A DNA stretch of 57,272 nucleotides, taken from contig JAZOSH010000025.1 of NCBI GenBank assembly GCA_045656985.1, forward strand, positions 1 to 57,272, given 5' to 3'. Every line of letters starts with the position of its first letter. The first letter of the stretch is position 1. Source of the stretch: Eubacteriales bacterium (GTDB lineage Bacteria; Bacillota; Clostridia; Oscillospirales; CAG-272). A program made the translations under genes and the position numbers. This document shows, in pieces, positions 9,330 through 20,271 of this stretch. Below the pieces are notes generated by a model, which was given only the letters and a program-made list of their open reading frames with translations, did not search any database and was not told the origin of the DNA.

Positions 9330-9564
9330 ACTTATTATATCACATGCTTTGATAAAAATCAAGCAACTTTAAAGAAAACCTTAAACTTAAAACGCACCTT
9401 ACGGAAGAGCAAGAATTATATCATCATTTATCCTGATAAGCACAGCATCTGTGGACACAAATCAAAAATACGGCACCCCTCTTTCGAGATATACCATATC
9501 TTGCAAAACTGTCCTTTAGAGGAGCCCTTATGGGCTTCTCTTTTTTGCCGATGGCGCGTTATCC

Positions 9565-9593
9565 TTGACTTTGAGGCGCGTATATGGTATAAT
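9565..9593 (+). promoter_or_regulatory. Sigma-A promoter of the ymdB-mrnC-cyclophilin genes
   Basis: TTGACT-17-TGG-TATAAT. Confidence 0.75.
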
Positions 9594-9645
9594 CTTCTTG
9601 CGGAGCTGCCGACCGCAAGAATTTTTTGGCAATAGAAAGAAAAAA

Positions 9646-10434
9646 ATGAAGATACTTATAATTGGCGACATCGTTGGCACAAAAAGCGTTGATTTTCTCG
9701 GTGAGAAGCTCTGGCGTGTGAGAGACTCGCTCTCTGCCGATTTTGTTGTGGCAAACGGAGAGAATGCCTCCGACATTCATGGCATCAGCGCACCCTTGGC
9801 GCGCGATATTCTTGCCGCGGGTGTTGACCTTATCACCCTTGGCAACCACACCTATGGCAGACGCGACATCTGCGCTCTTCTTTCCGACGAGGAAAGGATA
9901 ATCCGACCTGCAAATTACCCCGCGACCTGCCCGGGCGGCGGCTATTCTATCATCAATATTGACGGCTACAGGATACTCTGTATGAATGTGCTTGGCACCG
10001 CTTTTATGGAGCCGCTTGCCTGCCCCTTTGAGACGGTGGACAGGATACTTGCGCGCGAAGCGGGAGAGTATGACTTATCTCTGCTTGATATTCACGCCGA
10101 GGCAACGAGCGAAAAGCTGGCGCTGGCGCGCTATTTTGACGGAAGGATAAATATTATTTTTGGCACTCACACCCACATTCCCACCGCCGACGAGCAGATA
10201 CTGCCCCGTGGCACGGCATACATCACCGATGTGGGCATGACAGGCCCGATTGACGGCATTCTCGGCACAGATGCAGACGCGGTAATTGAAAAGTTCCGTA
10301 CCCGAATGCCCACCCGATTTACTGTGGCATCAGGAAAAATACGCGCAAACTGTCTCTTTGTTGACATTGATGCCGAAAGTGGCAGGGTAGCATCTGTCAA
10401 GCGAGTAAATTTTGAAGAAGAGGCTAAAATATGA
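9646..10434 (+). CDS. ymdB: YmdB/TIGR00282-family metallophosphoesterase
   Basis: MKILIIGDIVG, ANGENA, ITLGNH, RPANYP, DIHAEATSEK, GTHTH, YITDVGMTG. Confidence 0.92.
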   Translation: MKILIIGDIVGTKSVDFLGEKLWRVRDSLSADFVVANGENASDIHGISAPLARDILAAGVDLITLGNHTYGRRDICALLSDEERIIRPANYPATCPGGGYSIINIDGYRILCMNVLGTAFMEPLACPFETVDRILAREAGEYDLSLLDIHAEATSEKLALARYFDGRINIIFGTHTHIPTADEQILPRGTAYITDVGMTGPIDGILGTDADAVIEKFRTRMPTRFTVASGKIRANCLFVDIDAESGRVASVKRVNFEEEAKI

Positions 10435-10826
10435 GTATAGATATTAAAACTGTTTCTACCTCTGCGCTCGCCTACCTTGGCGACAGCGTTATTGAGCTTT
10501 GCGTACGCGAGCTTCTCGTTTCGCGTGGACTTTCGTCATCGGCTCACCTTAATGCGAAGGCGCTCGCCTTTGTGCGCGCGACAGCACAGGCGGAAGCGGT
10601 GAAAAAAATACTCCCCCTCTTGAACGAGGAGGAGGAGGCTGCCTTCAGGCGCGGAAGAAACATAGGACACACAAATACTCCAAAGTCTGCCACCGTTGCC
10701 GAATACAGAATGGCAACAGGTATGGAGGCACTCTTTGGCTGGCTATACCTTGCGGGCAGACAGCAGAGGATTCGCGAGCTTTTCGATGCGGCATATGACG
10801 CCGATGAGCTTCTCCCTACCAAATAA
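10431..10826 (+). CDS. mrnC: Mini-ribonuclease III
   Basis: ALAYLGDSV, EEEAAFRRGRN, EYRMATGMEALFGWLYL. Confidence 0.92.
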   Translation: MSIDIKTVSTSALAYLGDSVIELCVRELLVSRGLSSSAHLNAKALAFVRATAQAEAVKKILPLLNEEEEAAFRRGRNIGHTNTPKSATVAEYRMATGMEALFGWLYLAGRQQRIRELFDAAYDADELLPTK

Positions 10827-10854
10827 GAGAATAATTTTGAAAGGAAATATAAAA

Positions 10855-11358
10855 ATGGCAAATCCTATTATTAAAATCAAGGTCAAAAATTTTGGAACTA
10901 TGACCGCAGAGCTTTACCCCGACAAGGCTCCTGTCACCGTTGAGAATTTTCTCAAGCTTGCAAGAGCTGATTTCTTTGCAGGCCTTATCTTCCACCGCGT
11001 TATCAAGACATTTATGATTCAGGGCGGCGGATACGATGAGTCAATGACCGACAAAGATGCCCCCTCTATCAAGGGAGAGTTTGCCGCAAACGGCTTTATG
11101 AAGAACGACATCAAGCACACACGCGGCGTACTTTCTATGGCGCGCACAAGTGACCCTAACTCGGCTTCCTCGCAGTTCTTTGTAATGCATATGGATGCTC
11201 CCCACCTTGACAAGCAGTATGCCGCTTTCGGCAAGCTTACCGACGGATTTGATGTGCTTGATGCCATCGCATCGGTAAAAACAGGTAACTACGGCTGGTA
11301 CATGCAGGATGTTCCGCGCGAGCCCGTTGTAATTGAAACAATTGAAGTTGTTGAATAA
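10855..11358 (+). CDS. Cyclophilin-type peptidyl-prolyl cis-trans isomerase
   Basis: FHRVIKTFMIQGG, SMART..PNSASSQFF, HLDKQYAAFGK. Confidence 0.95.
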   Translation: MANPIIKIKVKNFGTMTAELYPDKAPVTVENFLKLARADFFAGLIFHRVIKTFMIQGGGYDESMTDKDAPSIKGEFAANGFMKNDIKHTRGVLSMARTSDPNSASSQFFVMHMDAPHLDKQYAAFGKLTDGFDVLDAIASVKTGNYGWYMQDVPREPVVIETIEVVE

Positions 11359-11386
11359 AAAAAGGGAGGAAATTCCTCCCTTTTTC
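11357..11386. terminator. Bidirectional terminator
   Basis: aaaaaagggagga-aat-tcctccctttttc between convergent genes. Confidence 0.8.
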
Positions 11387-11403
11387 TTTGCCTTTCATGG
11401 CTA

Positions 11404-12255
11404 TCAATATGTCCCGCTATCTAGGTACCAGATACCGTCAACAAGCACGAGTGCAACTGTAACGGCAAGCTTTTCGTTGGGGCTATCCTCAAGATAGGTC
11501 TGCATCGTCACTCTCACATACTGCGCGTTTGACGAGCGCTCAAGAGTTGCGCTTGACACATCGTATATTCTCTTTTCTGTAACAAGCGGCTCATAGCTGT
11601 TTGATTTCAGGAGCCATGTAAACCCATAATCGTCGGTATATTCGGTATAGCGCGCGGTGAGCAGTCCGCTTGACGAGGAGGAGACCATTGCTCCGTCAAA
11701 AAGTGCCTCGTAAACAGACTCAAGATAGTCCTTTGAATAGACCTTCTCGGCATACTCCTTGATTTTTTCTATAGTAACACAAACCTCATCGGCGCGCACG
11801 ACATCATAGCCATCGGGAATACTGCTGTTATAATAAAACTCGTATTCCTTCTCGACATAATCCGTCAATTTGTTGTAATAAAGCCCTGCCTTTTCATCGT
11901 GATATACGCAGTCCTCACCCGCCTCGTTTGTTACGAGAAGATACTCGAAATCATCTCCGTACGAGCGCGTGCGGTAGGCAAGCACATCACCAAGCTCTCT
12001 ATCCTCTATCATATAGTAATAGTATCGCCTGTCGGTCTCGCTGTCCTCGTAATATTTCAGGCTTTCTATAGGGTCATAGACTCTCTCATAAGTCTCAAGC
12101 CCCGTGCCGAACATTATTCTGTTAACTCCGTACGATGCCTCAACAAGCTCCTCAAGCCTTGGCATTATCTCGGCAAGCTCGGGGGGCTTTGAACACGACA
12201 CAAGTGCCGATACCACCACCGCAAGACACATTAAAAGACAAATAATTTTCTTCAT
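11404..12255 (-). CDS. Hypothetical lipoprotein
   Basis: Signal peptide with lipobox ALVSC; Tyr/Glu-rich; no family recognised. Confidence 0.75.
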   Translation of the reverse strand: MKKIICLLMCLAVVVSALVSCSKPPELAEIMPRLEELVEASYGVNRIMFGTGLETYERVYDPIESLKYYEDSETDRRYYYYMIEDRELGDVLAYRTRSYGDDFEYLLVTNEAGEDCVYHDEKAGLYYNKLTDYVEKEYEFYYNSSIPDGYDVVRADEVCVTIEKIKEYAEKVYSKDYLESVYEALFDGAMVSSSSSGLLTARYTEYTDDYGFTWLLKSNSYEPLVTEKRIYDVSSATLERSSNAQYVRVTMQTYLEDSPNEKLAVTVALVLVDGIWYLDSGTY

Positions 12256-12356
12256 CTTGTTCTCCCGATAAAATTTCGCTCCGCTTTATCCACAGCTGAA
12301 TAAAGCATTTCTATGTTAATAGCTTTTGGGGAGGGGCTTGCCCCTCCCCTGTTTTT

Positions 12357-14888
12357 TTAGTTTTCAGTTACCTCTGTTGCCTCGTCGGTCTGGTCTTCTT
12401 CCGGCTCCTCGTGAGGAACAACTGTAAAATTGACAAGCTTCTGTCCGTCGTTAAGACGCATTGTGATAACTCCGCCCGCCGTTCTTGAATATGTGGGAAC
12501 ATCGCTCACCGGTGTTCTTACAATCATACCCGAGTCGGTTATCATCATAAGGTCATCATCCTCGCCAACGGTAGCAATACTAACGAGCGCGCCCGTTTTA
12601 TCGCTTATCTTATGGCAGGTAACACCAAAGCCGCCGCGGTGCTTCATTATTCTGAAGTCCTCAAACTCGGTCTGCTTTGCAAAGCCGTTCTCTGTAACAG
12701 TTATAAGCTTCTTTGTTTCATCAACAACAGCAACTCCCGTTACATAATCACCATCGCGAAGCTTTATTCCGCGAACGCCGCGCGCGGTTCTTCCCATTGC
12801 GCGTGCGCCTGCCTCCTCAAATCTTACTGCATTTCCGTCGCGTGTGGCGATAACTATCTCGCCCTCTCCACTTGTACATCTTACGAATACAAGCTCATCG
12901 CCCTCATCAAGATTTATCGCTATCTTACCGCCGCGGCGCTGATACTCATACTCCTTGAGAAGTGTACGCTTGATAACGCCCTGCTTTGTTACCATTGTGA
13001 GGTAATCGGTCTCGTTAAACTCCTCAATACCGATAAGTGCGGTTATCTTTTCGTCAGGAAGCATCTCAATGATGTTTACTATGTTAGTTCCCTTCGCTGT
13101 TCTTGACGCCTCAGGGATCTGATATGCCTTTCTTACATGTATCTTACCCATGTTTGTAAACATAAGCAGGTAAGAATGGCTGCAAACGCCGATAACCTTC
13201 TCTATAAAGTCCTCCTCCTTCGTTGCCATACCGATTATTCCCTTTCCTCCACGGCGCTGTGCGGTGTAGGTATCGGCAGGAAGACGCTTGATATAGCCCG
13301 CGTGTGTCATTGTAACAACGCACTCGTGGCGCTCTATGAGATCCTCTATATCTATCTCGTCGGTGGACTGAACTATCTCTGTTCTTCTCTCGTCGGAGAA
13401 TTTGCGCTTTATCTCGCCCATCTCCTCCTTGATTATAGCATCTATCTTTGTCTTATCGGCAAGTATGCCCTCAAGCTCAACGATAAGTGCGTGAAGTCTT
13501 GCAAGCTCCTGCTCTATCTTATCTCTCTCCATACCCGTGAGTCTGCCGAGAGTCATCTCAACGATAGCCTGCGCCTGCGCATCGGTAAGCTGACGGACAT
13601 TGCCAAGCTCACTCTCAAAGCCATCGCTGAAGCTTACTGTAAAGAGCTCTGCCATAAGGCGCTCCTTTGCCTCGGGAATGGTCTTTGATGTCTTCATTAT
13701 CTCAACTATTCTGTCAATATTATCGGTAGCGATATGGTAGCCCTCAAGGATATGAGCTCTTATCCTTGCCTTTTCAAGGTCAAATTTAACTCTTCTCTCA
13801 ATTACCGACTGCTGATGCTCAATATAAACATCAAGTATCTCTGGGAGCGAGAGGATCTTGGGCTCGTTATTGACAAGCGCGAGCATATTTACAGGACAGG
13901 TGCTCTCGAGCTCGGAGTTCTTGTAGAGCTGATTGAGAAGTATCTGGGGATTTATATCGCGGCGGTACTCAACCACGATCTTCATTCCGTCTCTGCCCGA
14001 CTCATCGCGCAGATCGGTGATTCCCTCTACCTTCTTCTCCTTATGAAGCGCTGCGATAGACTTACAAAGCTCCTGCTTATTTACCTGATAAGGTATCTCT
14101 GTAAAGAGAATGCGGTGCTTATCCTCTTCAATTATCGCCTTCGCTCTTACCTTTATCCTTCCCTTACCGGTGGTATAAGCATCTATAATTCCATTTATAC
14201 CGTAAATTGTTGCTCTTGTCGGGAAATCGGGGCCCTTGATATAATCCATAAGCTCTGAAACAGAGCAGTCGGGATTTTCCATACGGAAGATAGTTGCATC
14301 TATAACCTCACCGAGATTGTGGGGAGGAATATAGGTAGCCATACCTACCGCGATACCCACCGAGCCGTTTACAAGCAGGTTGGGGAATCGGGAAGGAAGA
14401 ACCTTTGGCTCTTTGCGCTTGTTATCAAAGTTAGGTTGGAAGTCAACGACCTCCTTCTCTATGTCGCGCATAAGCTCATCGGCAATTCTCGCCATTCTCG
14501 CCTCGGTATAACGGTATGCAGCCGCGCCGTCTCCGTCAACAGAGCCGAAGTTACCCTGACCCTCAATAAGCGGATAGCGGAGCGAGAAATCCTGCGCCAT
14601 TCTTACCATTGTGCCGTAAACAGACGAGTCGCCGTGGGGATGATAACGGCCAAGCACATTACCAACCGTTGTTGCCGACTTGCGGAAGGGGTTATTAAAT
14701 GTAAGATTATCCTCATACATCGCATACATAACACGGCGCTGACCGGGCTTCATTCCGTCTCTTACATCAGGAAGTGCACGCGACGCGATAACAGACATAG
14801 CATATTCAATGAAGGATTTTTTGACCTCCTTATCCATCTCTATGTCAACTATTTTTTGGTCCTTAAATTCTATATTTTCGTTTTCCAA
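12357..14888 (-). CDS. gyrA: DNA gyrase subunit A
   Basis: RALPDVRDGMKP, YHPHGDS, AAYRYTEAR catalytic Tyr, GyrA-box QRRGGKG, beta-pinwheel repeats; TTG start. Confidence 0.98.
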   Translation of the reverse strand: MENENIEFKDQKIVDIEMDKEVKKSFIEYAMSVIASRALPDVRDGMKPGQRRVMYAMYEDNLTFNNPFRKSATTVGNVLGRYHPHGDSSVYGTMVRMAQDFSLRYPLIEGQGNFGSVDGDGAAAYRYTEARMARIADELMRDIEKEVVDFQPNFDNKRKEPKVLPSRFPNLLVNGSVGIAVGMATYIPPHNLGEVIDATIFRMENPDCSVSELMDYIKGPDFPTRATIYGINGIIDAYTTGKGRIKVRAKAIIEEDKHRILFTEIPYQVNKQELCKSIAALHKEKKVEGITDLRDESGRDGMKIVVEYRRDINPQILLNQLYKNSELESTCPVNMLALVNNEPKILSLPEILDVYIEHQQSVIERRVKFDLEKARIRAHILEGYHIATDNIDRIVEIMKTSKTIPEAKERLMAELFTVSFSDGFESELGNVRQLTDAQAQAIVEMTLGRLTGMERDKIEQELARLHALIVELEGILADKTKIDAIIKEEMGEIKRKFSDERRTEIVQSTDEIDIEDLIERHECVVTMTHAGYIKRLPADTYTAQRRGGKGIIGMATKEEDFIEKVIGVCSHSYLLMFTNMGKIHVRKAYQIPEASRTAKGTNIVNIIEMLPDEKITALIGIEEFNETDYLTMVTKQGVIKRTLLKEYEYQRRGGKIAINLDEGDELVFVRCTSGEGEIVIATRDGNAVRFEEAGARAMGRTARGVRGIKLRDGDYVTGVAVVDETKKLITVTENGFAKQTEFEDFRIMKHRGGFGVTCHKISDKTGALVSIATVGEDDDLMMITDSGMIVRTPVSDVPTYSRTAGGVITMRLNDGQKLVNFTVVPHEEPEEDQTDEATEVTEN

Positions 14889-15036
14889 TTTTCAAGCCCT
14901 CGGAAGCGGCGTATTCTCGGTTTTTTACCGACGCCTCCTCCGCGTCCTTTCTTTTTTCATTCGGTGTCCTCGGGAAAGATTTTTATACATTGTTGAAAAG
15001 TACAATCGCTTCCCTTTTTCAATAATCACTGCAAAA

Positions 15037-15101
15037 TATTATGGATATTTTTTCCTTGTATATCAAAGTTTTTCACAGGGTTTTCCATAGGTTATGGAAA
15101 A
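15037..15101 (-). promoter_or_regulatory. Putative gyrA promoter with flanking DnaA-box-like motifs
   Basis: TTGATA-17-CATAAT on the minus strand; inverted pair of TTTTCCATA at 15081-15089 (+) and 15093-15101 (-). Confidence 0.55.
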
Positions 15102-15153
15102 CTTGCCTGCTAACTAATTTTGATATTTTTTTGCTAAAAATGAATATTTCTGT

Positions 15154-17148
<1,995 letters not shown>

Positions 17149-17153
17149 TCAAA

Positions 17154-17396
17154 TTATAATCTTCCCATAAGTGATGCAGTTGAAAGTGTAGAAAAGCATA
17201 TTCTTACCTCTCCGTTTTCCTTGTAAAGGATAAAGGATTTAGGTATATCGTTTGACACCGAATAAACTCTGCCTTTTTTTTGCTCTGCCGAGAGATATTT
17301 TCTCGTTATGGGCGATATCGTAGCATTATCCATATCAAAAATTCCGATAATATCTTTTTCTCTTATGTTTTTTCCGTTTCCTGCATGTAAGAACAT
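17154..17396 (-). CDS. remB: RemB/DUF370-family protein
   Basis: MFLHAGN...DIIGIFDMD...PKSFIL; conserved position between recF and gyrB. Confidence 0.88.
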   Translation of the reverse strand: MFLHAGNGKNIREKDIIGIFDMDNATISPITRKYLSAEQKKGRVYSVSNDIPKSFILYKENGEVRICFSTLSTASLMGRL

Positions 17397-17408
17397 AAAA
17401 ACCTCTGC

Positions 17409-18512
17409 TTAAAGAAAATATCTTCCGTTTTCAACTGTTATTTTTTTCGCGTTAAGTATCTCATTTTTTTCACAGCTCGTCATAATGACCTGCTTTGATG
17501 AGATACGGTTTATCAGATAATCTCTGCGGCGCGAGTCAAGCTCCGAGAGAACATCGTCAAAGAGAAATACAGGATAATCTCCAAACTCCTCGTTACATAT
17601 CTCGCCTTCTGCAAGCTTGAGCGCAATACAAAGTGAGCGCTGCTGTCCTTGTGAAGCAAACAGTCTTGCCGCCTTTGAATTGAGCATGACCGCCATATCG
17701 TCCTTGTGAGCGCCGTAAAGCGTTGACCCTGCGTATATCTCTCTTTCAAGATTATCGCAAAGCAGAGCGAGATATTTTCGCTCTGTAAGGGCGATGTCTG
17801 CATAATCCTCACCGCTTCCCTTTGATGAGCCGAGATATTTTATTTCAGGCAGCTCACGAGCCCCGCTCATCTCCTCAAAGCACGCCTTGACATGCTTGTC
17901 CACCTTTTCTATAAACTCTGCTCTGAATTTTGCTATTACAGCCGCCTCATGCGCGAGCTGTGACGACCAGAATTCAATTGTGGCATCAAAGGTTTCTCTA
18001 TCACTTTGCGCGTTTTTTATAAGCTGATTTCTCTGCTTTAATATATGATTGTATTTTTGAAGAGCATGAAGATACATCGGCCTTGAACGGCTTATGGCAA
18101 TATCAAGATAATTTCTGCGAAGAGCAGGTCCTTCCTTGACAAGCGAAAGATGCTCGGGACAGAAGAGCACTGTACGGAATGCGCCCACTATATCAGAGAG
18201 TCTGACTATCTTTACTCCGTTCTTTTCCGCCTGACGCTTCTTGTCCTTAAAGATAGTCATTTTTATATTCTGCTCTCTTATCCCGTCGTCATATGAGAGC
18301 TTCACAGTCGCCCTCTCGGCGCCAAAACGGATTATCTCGGAATTCTGTGTCGCCCTGAAGCTCTTGCCCACAGACACATAATATATCGCCTCAAGAAGAT
18401 TTGTCTTTCCCTGCGCGTTCTCACCTGAAATGATGTTGACTCCATCACAGAACTCTATCTTCTGCTCCTCAATATTTCTGAAATCGTTTATAAGTATATT
18501 TTTACAATACAT
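17409..18512 (-). CDS. recF: DNA replication and repair protein RecF
   Basis: GENAQGKTNLLE, SQGQQRS, FDDVLSELD. Confidence 0.96.
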   Translation of the reverse strand: MYCKNILINDFRNIEEQKIEFCDGVNIISGENAQGKTNLLEAIYYVSVGKSFRATQNSEIIRFGAERATVKLSYDDGIREQNIKMTIFKDKKRQAEKNGVKIVRLSDIVGAFRTVLFCPEHLSLVKEGPALRRNYLDIAISRSRPMYLHALQKYNHILKQRNQLIKNAQSDRETFDATIEFWSSQLAHEAAVIAKFRAEFIEKVDKHVKACFEEMSGARELPEIKYLGSSKGSGEDYADIALTERKYLALLCDNLEREIYAGSTLYGAHKDDMAVMLNSKAARLFASQGQQRSLCIALKLAEGEICNEEFGDYPVFLFDDVLSELDSRRRDYLINRISSKQVIMTSCEKNEILNAKKITVENGRYFL

Positions 18513-18639
18513 TATTCGTCTTGTCGGGAGAAGCTCTCTCTCGACAACCTTCAAAAATCATTATTATTTTTGTGTGATTATTTTACCACACAGATATTTT
18601 ATGTGACTGACAGATTTTCGTCAGTTTAATGTAAAATTA

Positions 18640-19794
18640 TTACTCCTTCATTCTGACAGGAAGAAGCATAAAGATCTCTTCCTTGCCGTCTTCGCAGTCA
18701 GCAGGCTGAATATTCATGCTTGTAAGGGGAGAAGACATAGAAAGTCTTACTCTCTCTGCGTTACATGCTCTTACAGAATCAATAAGGAATCTATTATTGA
18801 AGGCGATAAGAAGATCGTCACCCTCATGGTCGATTGCCACCTCATCATAGATGCTTCCTGCAGAGGAATTAGCAGAGATCTTGAGAAGCTCACCGCTTAC
18901 ATCAAGCTTTACATGCGCACGAACGCTGCCTGCAATTCTCTCCTCTGTTACAAGCGCCGCTTTTTCAAGCGCCCATATAAACTCATTTTTATTGAGCTCA
19001 ATATTTATTCTGTGATTTGTAACGATTATTCTGTTATAATCTATATAGTCACCCTCAATAAGACGCGAGAAGAAGGTAAGCTCGCCAATAAGGAAAACTA
19101 TATGCTTTCTTGTAATGTATATCTGTGTAAGGCTGTCCTCATCGTCATCAAGCAGACGGATAAGCTCATTTACAGTTTTTACAGGTATGATAAATGAAAA
19201 ATTGAGATGCTTATCGTTATTTGTGTTTCTGTTTTCAATCTCAACCTTTCTCTTTGCCTTTGCAAGCTTGAAGCTATCACAGGATACGAGCATTATCTCA
19301 TCATCTGTTATATTTGCAAAACAACCGTTAAGGACCGCTCTCTGGTCATTGATACCCATAGAGAAAGAAACCTGTGAGAGCATCTCCTTGAGATCTTTCT
19401 GGGGAAGCACAAAGCTTCTGTCACTTACAAGGTCGGGAATTGCGGGGAAATCCTCACCAACGAGCGCACTCATCTTATGAGAGGACTTTCCGCAAGTAAC
19501 ACAAGCAACAAGCTTATCGTCAACAGTAAGAGTTATCTCCTCACCCTGCATTACCTTGAGTGTCTGATAGAATTTCTGTGCATTGATTATGAAGGAGCCC
19601 TCTTCAATTACCTTTGCTTCAATGGTTATTCTTACACCCTTCTCAAGATCAAAGGTTGTAAGAACGCAAATATCAGGCATTTTAGCCTCAATAAGGATTC
19701 CGTCTATTGAAGAAAGAGTAGATTTTCCCGAGACCGCACACATAAGAGGTGTAGTTGCCGCGTTTACTGCAGAACGGTTGAATATGATTTTCAT
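18640..19794 (-). CDS. dnaN: DNA polymerase III beta sliding clamp
   Basis: Three-domain clamp, AFNNRFLID, C-terminal LLPVRMK; adjacent to dnaA. Confidence 0.96.
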   Translation of the reverse strand: MKIIFNRSAVNAATTPLMCAVSGKSTLSSIDGILIEAKMPDICVLTTFDLEKGVRITIEAKVIEEGSFIINAQKFYQTLKVMQGEEITLTVDDKLVACVTCGKSSHKMSALVGEDFPAIPDLVSDRSFVLPQKDLKEMLSQVSFSMGINDQRAVLNGCFANITDDEIMLVSCDSFKLAKAKRKVEIENRNTNNDKHLNFSFIIPVKTVNELIRLLDDDEDSLTQIYITRKHIVFLIGELTFFSRLIEGDYIDYNRIIVTNHRINIELNKNEFIWALEKAALVTEERIAGSVRAHVKLDVSGELLKISANSSAGSIYDEVAIDHEGDDLLIAFNNRFLIDSVRACNAERVRLSMSSPLTSMNIQPADCEDGKEEIFMLLPVRMKE

Positions 19795-19830
19795 AATAAT
19801 CTCCTTCTTATCTGAGCCTTTCGCGCCCAA

Positions 19831-20271
19831 ATAATAATAATAATATAAATAATTAATTATAGTAGTTTTAATAGTAGTCCCTATGGAAACTGTTGAAAAG
19901 TCCCGAAGGGCTTGTGCTGTCTTGCTTTTCCCATCTTTTCAGCTATTGAAAAATGACACAGAATTAACTTGATGATCTATGGAAAACTTTTGATCAAATA
20001 AAAGCATCAGATGAGAAAAACGGCAAAAACAAAACAAGAAAGAAAAAAAATTAAATTTACCACTTGCCTGTGGATAAAAAAAGCAAAATTTTTGTGGAAA
20101 AGGCGCGAAAAAGAGAATAAAAATGAGTTTTCCATAGAAATGTATAATATACATTCCATAGCTCTTTTCCTTATTTTACCGAAAAAAAATATACTCTTAT
20201 TGAAAAATTATTTAGTTTTCAATAATATTTTCCATAACTTGAAAACACTTTAAAAAGATATTGAAAAGCTA
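19831..20271. other. Chromosomal replication origin oriC (dnaA-dnaN intergenic)
   Basis: In the dnaA-to-dnaN direction: tandem boxes TTTTCAACA-GTTTCCATA, a GC spacer GGG, DnaA-trios CTACTATTAAAACTACTA (19860-19877), then an AT-rich tract, which is the B. subtilis-type basal unwinding layout. At least 11 DnaA-box-like 9-mers, including a perfect TTATCCACA at 20069-20077. Confidence 0.9.

Larger units (their letters stand above)
8778..9528. mobile_element. Putative non-autonomous 740-bp insertion in a terminator hairpin
   Basis: Direct repeat agaggagccct at 8778-8788 and 9518-9528; 17/20 inverted repeat at 8801-8820 and 9501-9520; AT-richer than the flanks; removing 740 bp restores the hairpin AGAGGAGCCC-loop-GGGCTTCTCT-T-tract. 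Confidence 0.65.

Noticed and set aside
9120-9330. Retron msr-msd interpretation of the long-hairpin RNA
   Set aside because: No reverse transcriptase ORF in the cassette or the window; the resemblance is architectural only.
12327-12357. gyrA terminator
   Set aside because: The GC hairpin is real, but its U-tract is on the plus strand; on the gyrA (minus) strand it is followed by AAAAG, so termination of gyrA is not supported.
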